Source of the DNA: Candidatus Bipolaricaulota bacterium
GTDB lineage: Bacteria; Bipolaricaulota; Bipolaricaulia; M55B111
Direction of reading: 5' to 3'
DNA length: 60,767 bases
Assembly (NCBI GenBank): GCA_018335015.1
Contig: JAGXKX010000004.1
Location: 1 to 60,767 of the forward strand
Below are positions 49,204 to 57,896 of the stretch, in pieces. The notes under the pieces were generated by a model that was given only the letters and a program-made list of their open reading frames with translations, had not been told where the DNA came from and searched no databases. Position 1 is the stretch's first letter. Every line of letters begins with the position of its first letter. The translations under genes were made by a program, and so were the position numbers.

Positions 49204-51816
49204 ATGGAGTGGACGACGGACGAACTTAGAGAAGCGTACCTGCGATATTTCGAGGAAAGAGATCACCGGAGAAAGGAGGGGTCAGGGCTGATTCCCGACG
49301 ATCCTTCCATGCTTTTTACTTCGGCAGGTATGGTGCAGTTCAAAGATATCTTCTGGGGCAAAAGGGAGCCGGAGGAAACCCGGGTTACCACATGTCAGAA
49401 GTGCTTCCGGGCTAACGATATCGAGCGTGTCGGCGAAACCTGGTACCACCATACCTTCTTCGAAATGCTCGGGAACTTCTCCTTTGGTGATTACTTCAAG
49501 AGAGGAGCTATCGAACTTGCCTGGGAATTCGTCACCGCGGTCCTCTCGTTTGAGAAGGAAAACCTCTGGGTCTCCGTTTACGAGACGGACGACGAAGCCT
49601 ACGCCGTCTGGCGCGACGAAATAGGCGTCCCGGAGCGGAAGATAGCCAGGCTGGGCAAGGACGAAAACTGGTGGGGGCCGGTGGGCGATTCCGGACCCTG
49701 CGGGCCCGACTCCGAGATATTTTACGACGCGGGCGAGGAATACAGCTGTGGCCCGGACTGCGAGGGGGTAGCCTGTGACTGTAACAGGTTCAACGAACTA
49801 TGGAACCTGGTCTTCACCGGCTACCAGATGAATAGACAGGGGGAAGTAGAAGAGCTGGAGCGACAGAATATTGATACTGGAATGGGATTAGAAAGGGTAG
49901 CCGCGGTTCTCCAGGGAGTGGATTCCGATTTCGAAATAGACGTGTTCCGTCCGTTAATCGAGGAATTAAAGGAGATAATTGGTCTCAACGACTACTCACC
50001 CGAAAAAACCAGCTACGTCCATAGAATCGGCGACCACTTACGAGGCGCGGCCTTTCTGATATCCGAGGGCGTGATTCCCGCCAACGAAGGCAGGGGCTAC
50101 GTGCTGCGCCGGATTATTCGGCGTGCCGTTCAGGCAGGGGATAGGCTCGGAATGAAGGAAACGTTTTTGACTTCGGCCCTGCCCCCGATTTACGATACAA
50201 TGGGAGGAACTTACCCTGAACTCGTCGATCGCAAGGACCTGATAGAGAACGTAATTGACCACGAAGAAGGAAGCTACAGAAATACCCTCAACGAAGGAGA
50301 ACAGCTATTTTACCGGCTGGCTTCCGACTTAAGAGAAGAAGAAAAGAAGGTAATTCCCGGCGAGGACGCCTTTCGGCTATACGATACGCACGGTCTACCG
50401 CTATCGTTCCTGAAAGAACTGGCGAACGAGGAGAACCTGGAAGTCGACGAAGAAGGGTTCGAGCAGGAAATGGCCAAGCAGAGGTCGAGATCGAGAAGCG
50501 AGCAGGAAGATGCTGAAGGGCTGCACGAGGTCGCCGACGTCCCGGAGACTGAATTCGTTGGCTACGAAAAGGACTGCCTAAAAGCGCAGGTCCTTGCTCT
50601 TATAGGCGACGGAGAAAAAACCGACCGGCTTTCGGAAGGGGAGGAAGGTGTGGCGGTACTGGACAGAACCCCGTTCTACGCCGAAGCTGGAGGGCAGGTG
50701 AGTGACGTGGGCACGCTGGAGGCCGAGGACTCCAGAGCTGCCGTCCACAAAGTAGTGGAAAGAAAAGGTATTTACTACCATCGGCTGGAAATGGAAACGG
50801 GCAGACTAAAGGTTGATGATAATATTGAAGCAAGGATAGAAACGAGGAAAAGGAGGAGTACGGAGCGAAACCACACGGGCACTCACCTGCTCCACCAGGC
50901 TCTCCAGCAAGTACTGGGGCCTCACGTAGTCCAGTCCGGTTCGAAAGTGGCACCCGAGGAGTTGAGATTCGACTTCAACCACTTCGAAATCCCTACCGAA
51001 GAAGAGCAGCGGGAAATCGAAAACCTGGTAAACGATGTTGTGCTCTCCGATAGACCGGTGTCCAAGAACTGGGTGGATAGCGTCGAGAAGGCTAAAGAAC
51101 TCGGGGCGGCCGCCCACTTCGAAGAGGAATACCGGGGAAAGGAGAAACTAAGGACGATAACGGTAGAGGGTTTCAGCAAGGAGCTCTGCGGAGGAACCCA
51201 CGTAAGCCGAACGGGGGAGATAGGTGGCTTTGCGATTCAGTCGATCGAAACTATCGCCTCGGGCATTCGACGGATAAGAGCCGTTACCGGTGAGAATTTC
51301 CTCTCCGAATTCAGGAGCCAGCGCGACCGGCTCGAAAGGCTGGCCGAACTGGCCGGTTCCGGAAAGTCCGGGATCGTAAAGCGGTTCGAATCGATATTAT
51401 CCCAGCAGGAAACACTGAGGAACGAGTTGGAGAGAAAAACCGAGAGGTTACTGTCCACGGTAAAAGATCAGGTTCTCGAAGAAGCGGAGACTCTCGACGG
51501 AGTCAGGCTGGTTTCCGCTCGGCCCGAGGTCGACGGGTCGGACCTAAAACGGTTAGCCGACCACGTCGAAAAGGAAGTCGACGGAGTAGTTATTTTAGGC
51601 ACGACCGAGGAGGACAGCGCCTCGATAGTCTGCAAGGTAACGAAATCCCTCACTGACGTGCTGGACGCGGGAGAAATCGTCAGGGAAGCTTCGGCAGTTC
51701 TTGGCGGAGGAGGCGGCGGCTCGGCCAACTTTGCCCAGGGAGGAGGCCCGAAAAAGGACCAGATCGACGAAGCGCTGCGGTCCGGGGCTAACATCGTAAG
51801 ATCGACGATCGGGTAG
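49204..51816 (+). CDS. alaS: Alanine--tRNA ligase
   Basis: SAGMVQFK, HHTFFEMLGNFSFGDYFK, DTGMGLER, editing HxxxH/ELCGGTH, GGGG..AQGG. Confidence 0.97.
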   Translation: MEWTTDELREAYLRYFEERDHRRKEGSGLIPDDPSMLFTSAGMVQFKDIFWGKREPEETRVTTCQKCFRANDIERVGETWYHHTFFEMLGNFSFGDYFKRGAIELAWEFVTAVLSFEKENLWVSVYETDDEAYAVWRDEIGVPERKIARLGKDENWWGPVGDSGPCGPDSEIFYDAGEEYSCGPDCEGVACDCNRFNELWNLVFTGYQMNRQGEVEELERQNIDTGMGLERVAAVLQGVDSDFEIDVFRPLIEELKEIIGLNDYSPEKTSYVHRIGDHLRGAAFLISEGVIPANEGRGYVLRRIIRRAVQAGDRLGMKETFLTSALPPIYDTMGGTYPELVDRKDLIENVIDHEEGSYRNTLNEGEQLFYRLASDLREEEKKVIPGEDAFRLYDTHGLPLSFLKELANEENLEVDEEGFEQEMAKQRSRSRSEQEDAEGLHEVADVPETEFVGYEKDCLKAQVLALIGDGEKTDRLSEGEEGVAVLDRTPFYAEAGGQVSDVGTLEAEDSRAAVHKVVERKGIYYHRLEMETGRLKVDDNIEARIETRKRRSTERNHTGTHLLHQALQQVLGPHVVQSGSKVAPEELRFDFNHFEIPTEEEQREIENLVNDVVLSDRPVSKNWVDSVEKAKELGAAAHFEEEYRGKEKLRTITVEGFSKELCGGTHVSRTGEIGGFAIQSIETIASGIRRIRAVTGENFLSEFRSQRDRLERLAELAGSGKSGIVKRFESILSQQETLRNELERKTERLLSTVKDQVLEEAETLDGVRLVSARPEVDGSDLKRLADHVEKEVDGVVILGTTEEDSASIVCKVTKSLTDVLDAGEIVREASAVLGGGGGGSANFAQGGGPKKDQIDEALRSGANIVRSTIG

Positions 51817-51829
51817 TCCGGCTTCTCAA

Positions 51830-51950
51830 GCTCTCCCCCACTTACCTGACAACTGATTTAACCTTTAAAACTTACCAGTAGACGAAATCCGGCAGTCAGG
51901 TAAGTGGGGGAGAGCAGTCAACTATGTACGACAGTGGGAAAAGAACTGAG
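51830..51950. mobile_element. MITE-like element, copy F (one TIR only)
   Basis: 21-bp perfect IR at 51830-51850/51895-51915 with a compensatory CTGAC/GTCAG change; right TIR GGGAAAAGAACTGAG. Confidence 0.78.
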
Positions 51951-51956
51951 TTTCGC

Positions 51957-53138
51957 TTACCGTTCGGCCGATATCGGCATACAGACGTAAAGGAAGTCTC
52001 CTTCACCCTTTGCCGGTTCCAGTAATCCGGCGGTCTCCGAATCACGTAACCAGAGTACCACTTCGTCGGTGCTCATCCGGCGCAATGCGTCTATCAAAAA
52101 TTCTGCCTTAAAGGAAATTTCTACATCCCCTTGACTGGGCTCAATCAGCTCGACAACCTCTTCCAGTTCGCCCTTTTCGGGGGACGAAGAATACATCGTC
52201 AGACCGTCCGACCCCTCTTCAGCCCTGAGCTCGACCGCTCCCGATTCCTCTGAGGCAGTGATTTCGGCCCGGGCGAGCGTTTCCAGAGTCCTGTTCCTAT
52301 CGAGCTTGAGCGGTAGTTCGTTGTCCTCCGGTATAACCGCTTCGTATTCCGGGAACTGTTCCATTATGAGCTTGTCGGAAAAAACGACGTCGTCGGAGAC
52401 GAAGAACACTTCCGACTTCGAGGCGTAGACAGAAACTTCTTCGGACTCCGTTCCGGATAGGATCCTATCCAGCTCAGTCAGTGCGCCGGACTCTATAAGA
52501 AGATCCGTCCGCTCCTCTACCTCCGAAAGGGGTATCGTTTTGACCGACATCCTGTAGCCGTTGGTGGCGATCATCTTTAGCTGGTCCTCTTCAAATATCG
52601 TCTTTACCCCGGTCAACGACAGTCTGGTCGTCTCTTTGGCCTTCAGCGCGGCAAACGTGGTCTGTTTTATCGCGTTCTTTAATTCGTCGACGTTAATTTT
52701 TGCTACGGGTTCCTCCGGCAATTCTTCGACACTCGGATAATCCTCCGTTGATAATTGAAACAAGTCGAAATTAATAGGGCCCGAGGAGAGTTCAACTTTC
52801 TGGTTTTCTTCCGGATCGGACTTCAACCTCACTTCACCATCCTCCGGAATGCGCTGCATTATTTTTGCCAATACGTCCCCCTTGAGAACAACCGTAGAGG
52901 AACCTTCAAGGTTTGATATCGGGACCGTGCACCTCGTGGTCATCTCCAGGTCAGTCGAAGTAAGTTTGAGTTCCTCGTCCCTTATTTCCAGCTTTACCCC
53001 GGAGAGTATAGGCATATCCCGTCCGGTCCCAATACTCCTCTTCACTATATCCATGCCGTAAATTAAATCCTTCGTGGCACACTTGAAGTCGACTTCGGCT
53101 GGACTGTCCGTCCCCACGTCAAGTTCCTGATCAGTCAC
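51957..53138 (-). CDS. dnaN: DNA polymerase III beta clamp
   Basis: PILSGV, TDLE, ATNGYR, FPEY..VIP, F...FLIDAL, YVCMP. Confidence 0.93.
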   Translation of the reverse strand: MTDQELDVGTDSPAEVDFKCATKDLIYGMDIVKRSIGTGRDMPILSGVKLEIRDEELKLTSTDLEMTTRCTVPISNLEGSSTVVLKGDVLAKIMQRIPEDGEVRLKSDPEENQKVELSSGPINFDLFQLSTEDYPSVEELPEEPVAKINVDELKNAIKQTTFAALKAKETTRLSLTGVKTIFEEDQLKMIATNGYRMSVKTIPLSEVEERTDLLIESGALTELDRILSGTESEEVSVYASKSEVFFVSDDVVFSDKLIMEQFPEYEAVIPEDNELPLKLDRNRTLETLARAEITASEESGAVELRAEEGSDGLTMYSSSPEKGELEEVVELIEPSQGDVEISFKAEFLIDALRRMSTDEVVLWLRDSETAGLLEPAKGEGDFLYVCMPISAER

Positions 53139-53229
53139 TATTTTACCTCCTAATTGCGTTCATGTCTTTTAGTTTTCGCCTTAACATAATACCAACTTTC
53201 TCGGCTCTAATCACACAAACCAGACCGCC

Positions 53230-53877
53230 TCATAGAAGCTCGGTCTCGAGTTCGGAAATCACTCTCCGGGAGATCTCGTCTTTTGGCAGGGTTCCGTCTA
53301 TAAGTACCGCCTCATCCATCGAGCGGATTTCCTCCAGGTAACCTTCTCTAACCCTCCTATAGAACTCCCGGGCCTCTTTTTCGATCCGGTCTGGCTTCTG
53401 CCCGGAACCCCGCCTTTCTCGTTCTTCCAGATCTATGTCCAGAAAAATGGTCGCGTTGGGTTCCACGCCGTTCAACGCTATATCGTTTAACCTCTTAACC
53501 ACGTCAATCGGTATACCACGGCCGTGACCCTGGTAGGCAACTGACGAAGCGGCAAACCGGTCCGAAATAATCACGTTTCCCTTTTCCAGTTCGGGTATTA
53601 TCTTCTCTCTCACGAGCTGAGCCCGCGAGACTTCGTAGAGGAAGAGCTCGCTCAAGGGCCTGATATCCATTCCGTGATCCTCCAGCAGGAGGTCGCGTAC
53701 TTTCCGGCCCAGAGACGTTCCACCAGGCTCTTCCACTTTAAGGACCTCGTGACCTTTTTCTTTCAGATAGTCAGCTAACAGCCCCGCCTGGGTCGTCGTT
53801 CCCGAACCGTCTAGCCCCTCGAAGACTATAAGACTACCGGCAAAGTTATTGTCCAAGGAACCTCGAACCTCCGGCAA
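53230..53877 (-). CDS. tmk: Thymidylate kinase
   Basis: FEGLDGSG.TTQ, EPGG, SDRF..SS.AYQG.GRG. Confidence 0.93.
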   Translation of the reverse strand: MPEVRGSLDNNFAGSLIVFEGLDGSGTTTQAGLLADYLKEKGHEVLKVEEPGGTSLGRKVRDLLLEDHGMDIRPLSELFLYEVSRAQLVREKIIPELEKGNVIISDRFAASSVAYQGHGRGIPIDVVKRLNDIALNGVEPNATIFLDIDLEERERRGSGQKPDRIEKEAREFYRRVREGYLEEIRSMDEAVLIDGTLPKDEISRRVISELETELL

Positions 53878-54301
53878 GCATAAATATCACTAGACCGGCT
53901 CCGGTCACGATTGCAACGTCGGCAAGGTTAAATATGGGGGCCCTCCAGACTTGAATAAAATCGACCACGGCCCCGGTCATAAGCCTGTCCACCAGGTTAC
54001 CCAATGATCCACCGAGCAAAAATGCAAGTCCGAGTTTCGTTATCGACTGTCGCAGTCCCGAAAAGAAAAGAAGATAAACCAGCAGACCCACCGCGATTAC
54101 CGTTATCAGGAGAAATAGGTAACCTTTTCTCGGAAAAAGTCCAAACGCCCCGCCCGAGTTTTTGACGTAATGGAGGGAAAAGAATCCATTTCGAAAAAAT
54201 ATCGGATGTCCTCCCCTGTAGCCGACCCCCGCGAGAAACTTGCTCAACCTATCCAGTACGAAGACGAAAAGCGCTATCAGAAAGTACTGCAAATTTCCCA
54301 C
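53846..54301 (-). CDS. lspA: Lipoprotein signal peptidase
   Basis: N.G.AFG, GG.LGNL.DR, V.DF, FNLAD. Confidence 0.93.
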   Translation of the reverse strand: MGNLQYFLIALFVFVLDRLSKFLAGVGYRGGHPIFFRNGFFSLHYVKNSGGAFGLFPRKGYLFLLITVIAVGLLVYLLFFSGLRQSITKLGLAFLLGGSLGNLVDRLMTGAVVDFIQVWRAPIFNLADVAIVTGAGLVIFMLAGGSRFLGQ

Positions 54302-54352
54302 TTTACCTCCACTCCGGGCTTAAAACTCCTCTGTCTTATCCAGTAGCTACTT

Positions 54353-54553
54353 CTCAATTCTTTCACCATCCCCGTACATCATTGCTTTGTCCTCCTATGC
54401 CTCCTGCCTCTTACTTGGCTGCCGGATTTTGCCTACTGGTAGAATTTTAAGGTTAAATCAGTTGCCAGTTAAGAGGCAGGAGGTTTGAACTAAAAAATAT
54501 GGTGATTCCTCCTGACCTTCACCTTGCTTCCGAATAGTGGTGAAAGAACTGAG
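54353..54553. mobile_element. MITE-like element, copy G (full length)
   Basis: TIRs CTCAATTCTTTCACCA / TGGTGAAAGAACTGAG; perfect 5-bp TSD TACTT (54348-54352 / 54554-54558); IR at 54400-54419/54464-54483. Confidence 0.85.
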
Positions 54554-54574
54554 TACTTTCCAACCTTTATCAAT

Positions 54575-55015
54575 CTAGGTCCAGACCATTAACCTGCTTA
54601 TCCTGGCGTTTTCCTTGATATTCAAACCCGAAGAGCTGACGTGCAGAACGGGGCTTTCCCTCAAATCTCCCTGGAAGATTAAAGGAGGATGGAACGATCC
54701 TCCCGAAGTCATCCTATTCAGAGGTACCACGAGTCCAAGACCTTCTGAAACGTTAATCTCCTCGTTGAACTCAATTATATAAATCCCGCCCTCCAGGTTC
54801 CACCAGCCGTAGTCGTCTTCGGGTGATCTCTTTGCGGGCTCCACCGGATCGAGATCCCCCAACTTCTCCTCGCTTCCCCCAAAATCAAGGTCGGTAGGGG
54901 AGGTCGGTTTTCTTACACTGTCGACTGTCAAATCGATTCCGGTATTCGCCAGTTGAGTTTCTTCGTGAATAATTCCATCTACGTAACCCTCAAGTTCTTT
55001 GCCGAAAAGAAACAT
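54575..55015 (-). CDS. dCTP deaminase/dUTPase-like protein (short form)
   Basis: Q...GIDLTV, L..G.Y...FNE, I.ENARI pattern. Confidence 0.7.
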   Translation of the reverse strand: MFLFGKELEGYVDGIIHEETQLANTGIDLTVDSVRKPTSPTDLDFGGSEEKLGDLDPVEPAKRSPEDDYGWWNLEGGIYIIEFNEEINVSEGLGLVVPLNRMTSGGSFHPPLIFQGDLRESPVLHVSSSGLNIKENARISRLMVWT

Positions 55016-55107
55016 ATTGGATCACCCCGAAAAGTATGGCGGGGATGGGATTATTGTGCAAACCTTCCTCTGGTTCGCTCTCAGGCCAGTTACCACTGGA
55101 ATACATC

Positions 55108-55125
55108 TTGTGAATAATTTACCAT
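55108..55125. promoter_or_regulatory. Candidate Rex operator upstream of hypCDE
   Basis: TTGTGAATAATTTACCAT; perfect left half-site TTGTGAA. Confidence 0.35.
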
Positions 55126-55162
55126 TCAAATGAAACAGGAAAGGGAGGTAATACTTAACCCT

Positions 55163-55411
55163 ATGTGTCTTGCGATACCCGGTGAAGTACTTGCTGTCGA
55201 GGATGAACGCGCTACAGTTGACGTCGGGGGGGTAGAACAAGAGGTCAGGCTCGATACCTTGAGCGAAGACGTTGCCGAGGGCGATTACCTTTTAGTCCAC
55301 ACTGGTTTTGCCATCCAGAAACTCTCTCCCGAAGAAGCCCAGGAAACCCTGTCCCTGTTCGACGAATTGATAGAAACGAACAAGCAGCTGGAGGAAGAAC
55401 GTGAAGTTTAA
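55163..55411 (+). CDS. hypC: [NiFe]-hydrogenase maturation chaperone HypC
   Basis: MCLAIPG start, GDYLLVH.GFAI. Confidence 0.95.
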   Translation: MCLAIPGEVLAVEDERATVDVGGVEQEVRLDTLSEDVAEGDYLLVHTGFAIQKLSPEEAQETLSLFDELIETNKQLEEEREV

Positions 55412-56480
55412 GTTCAAAGACAGGGAACGGGCCGACGAACTGGTCCAGCTTATAAACCGACGGGTCCCGGACCGGCGGATAAAGATAGTTCACGTTTGTG
55501 GCACGCACGAAGTGGCGATTACCGAAAACGGTCTTCGCAGTTTGCTCCCCGATCGGATAGACATTAGAGAAGGACCCGGATGCCCGGTCTGCGTTACCCC
55601 GACTTCGGACCTGGACGCCGCGTTAAAGCTTGCGGAGAGGGGGGCGATAATAACCGCATTCGGGGATATGATGAACGTTCCGGGAACTGCCAAATCGCTA
55701 AACGAACTAAAGTCCGAGGGAGCCGACGTTAGGCTAGTCTACAGCGTAAGCGAAGGCGCAAAAATTGCCGAAAATACCGAAAAACAGGTCGTATTTTTAG
55801 GCGTCGGGTTCGAAACGACGACGCCCATGACGGCAGCAATTCTAAAAGACGACCCCCCAGAAAATTTCAGTATCCTCCCGAGCAACAAGCTGATTCCCCC
55901 GGCAATGAAGAGCTTGCTCGAGCTGCCGGATAACGACATAGACGGTTTTATCGCGCCCGGTCACGTTTCGACCATTATCGGCGTCCGGCCTTACGAGAGC
56001 CTGGCCGAAGAATACGGGGTACCAATAGTAGTCGGAGGCTTCGAGCCACTGGACATACTATACGCTCTGGCGCTAATAATGAACCAGATATCGAATAGCG
56101 ATCCAAAGGCGGAAAACGGGTATAACAGAGCAGTAGACTACGAAGGGAATCCAAAATCCAAGAAGTTGATAAAAGAGGTCTTTAAAGAAACGGATGCTAC
56201 CTGGCGGGGGATTGGCACTATTCCGAACTCGGGCCTGACGCTAAACCGGAATTACGAAGAGTGGAACGCCCTCAATAGGTTCGAGGTCGAACCCGAAGAA
56301 GGGATAGAAGAGCCCCCAAACTGTCTATGCCCCCAGGTAATTACCGCTCGGGCTACACCGGGAGAGTGTGAGCTATTCAAGGAGAAATGTACCCCGAGTA
56401 GTCCTTACGGACCCTGCATGGTCGGAGAGGAAGCGATGTGTAATATCTGGTATCGATACGGGGGCAGACCCAAGCTATGA
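55401..56480 (+). CDS. hypD: Hydrogenase maturation protein HypD
   Basis: VCGTH, GPGCPVC, GFETT, PGHVS, C-terminal Cys cluster. Confidence 0.96.
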   Translation: MKFKFKDRERADELVQLINRRVPDRRIKIVHVCGTHEVAITENGLRSLLPDRIDIREGPGCPVCVTPTSDLDAALKLAERGAIITAFGDMMNVPGTAKSLNELKSEGADVRLVYSVSEGAKIAENTEKQVVFLGVGFETTTPMTAAILKDDPPENFSILPSNKLIPPAMKSLLELPDNDIDGFIAPGHVSTIIGVRPYESLAEEYGVPIVVGGFEPLDILYALALIMNQISNSDPKAENGYNRAVDYEGNPKSKKLIKEVFKETDATWRGIGTIPNSGLTLNRNYEEWNALNRFEVEPEEGIEEPPNCLCPQVITARATPGECELFKEKCTPSSPYGPCMVGEEAMCNIWYRYGGRPKL

Positions 56481-57505
56481 ATAACCCGGAAGAAGAAACG
56501 GTTCAGCTAACTCACGGCGCCGGGGGCCGGGCTATGGGTGAGTTACTGGAGAAGCACGTGTTAAATACTTTCACCCGAAAGAGTGCCGGGGAGATCGGAC
56601 TCGACCAACTGGACGACGGGGCCACGATAGATTTGCCGGGAGAAGGGACTCTCGTGCTGACGACGGACAGCCACGTCGTAAAACCGCTATTTTTCCCCGG
56701 TGGAGATATCGGGAAACTCGCGGTCTGTGGAACGGTCAACGACCTTGCGGTAATGGGAGCGGATCCGATAGCTCTTACCTCCAGCCTTATCGTGGAGGAA
56801 GGGTTCCCGATCAAGAAACTCGATCGGGTCATGGCATCTATGGAAGAAACGTCCGCCGAATCGGGGATTCCGATTATTACCGGGGACACCAAAGTACTGG
56901 AGAAAGGCGATATGGACGGTCTGGCAATAAACACAGCGGGAATCGGACTGGCAGATAAGCCCATCTCCGATGCAGGAATGAACCCGGGAGACAAGGTGAT
57001 TCTTACCGGAACGATCGGCGACCACGGCATGGCGCTGATGCAGTACCGCGAAGGACTCAGTTTTAAAACGGAGCTGAAATCCGATATCGCCCCGCTGAAT
57101 AGTCTCCTCAGAAGTGCCAGTGAATCCGGTGATATAACTGCCATGAAGGACCCGACGAGGGGAGGAATCGCAGCCGCCCTGAACGAAATGGCTCAAAAAA
57201 GCAATCTAGGGCTAACGATAAAAGAGGAATTAGTTTCCGTCAGGGAAGCCGTATCAGGTATTGCCGAGTTAATTGGAATAAGTCCTTACGAAGTCGCAAA
57301 CGAAGGCAAAGCAATAATAACCGCCCGGGCGGAAACGGCTCGAGAAATCGTGGAAGGTTTGCGTGGCCACCCACTCGGCCGGAACGCTCGGATCATCGGA
57401 GAGATAAACCAGGAACGACCCGGCAAAGTAATTATGGAAACGGAAATCGGGGGGAGGAGGTTCCTGGAAGCCCCGCTGGGAGACCCTGTACCAAGGATTT
57501 GTTAG
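56477..57505 (+). CDS. hypE: Hydrogenase maturation protein HypE
   Basis: HGAGG, GTVNDLA, GDTKV, DPTRGG, ANEG, C-terminal PRIC. Confidence 0.96.
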   Translation: MNNPEEETVQLTHGAGGRAMGELLEKHVLNTFTRKSAGEIGLDQLDDGATIDLPGEGTLVLTTDSHVVKPLFFPGGDIGKLAVCGTVNDLAVMGADPIALTSSLIVEEGFPIKKLDRVMASMEETSAESGIPIITGDTKVLEKGDMDGLAINTAGIGLADKPISDAGMNPGDKVILTGTIGDHGMALMQYREGLSFKTELKSDIAPLNSLLRSASESGDITAMKDPTRGGIAAALNEMAQKSNLGLTIKEELVSVREAVSGIAELIGISPYEVANEGKAIITARAETAREIVEGLRGHPLGRNARIIGEINQERPGKVIMETEIGGRRFLEAPLGDPVPRIC

Positions 57506-57896
57506 GACGGTTAAGGGAATAATTTCCCGATTAAGGTTGGATATTAACCCGGCAAATCTTATACTAAGCTCAGTTATAATTGAATTCAGTAGTATTTATG
57601 GGGTTAAACTTTAACACGAAGTCGAGGCTTGGTTTATTCAGTTTAATTTTACACGAGCCACCGCGACGACGACCCGGATGGTTCTAAGTAATGCCCAAAG
57701 CAATAGATCAGATAATATGGCCGGCGTCTTTTATTTTATAAAGTCAAGCCGAAACCGGGGTGAGAATTCGGCCCCGGGGAGGTTACAATTATTAGTACAA
57801 TCTGATTAATTTACAATTTGTTTAGAGGGATAAGACCGAATGGTTGACTTAAGAGGAGTATTTTAACTTGAGTAGCGAGTTTGGAGGGATAATTTA

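Noticed and set aside
51851-51894. Hammerhead ribozyme in the repeat core (CTGA...GACGAAA)
   Set aside because: CUGAUGA is replaced by CUGAUUU, GAAA is not conserved across copies, and no three-way stem arrangement is evident.
20779-54553. Repeats as a CRISPR array
   Set aside because: Copies are dispersed kilobases apart, with no repeat-spacer periodicity and no cas genes.
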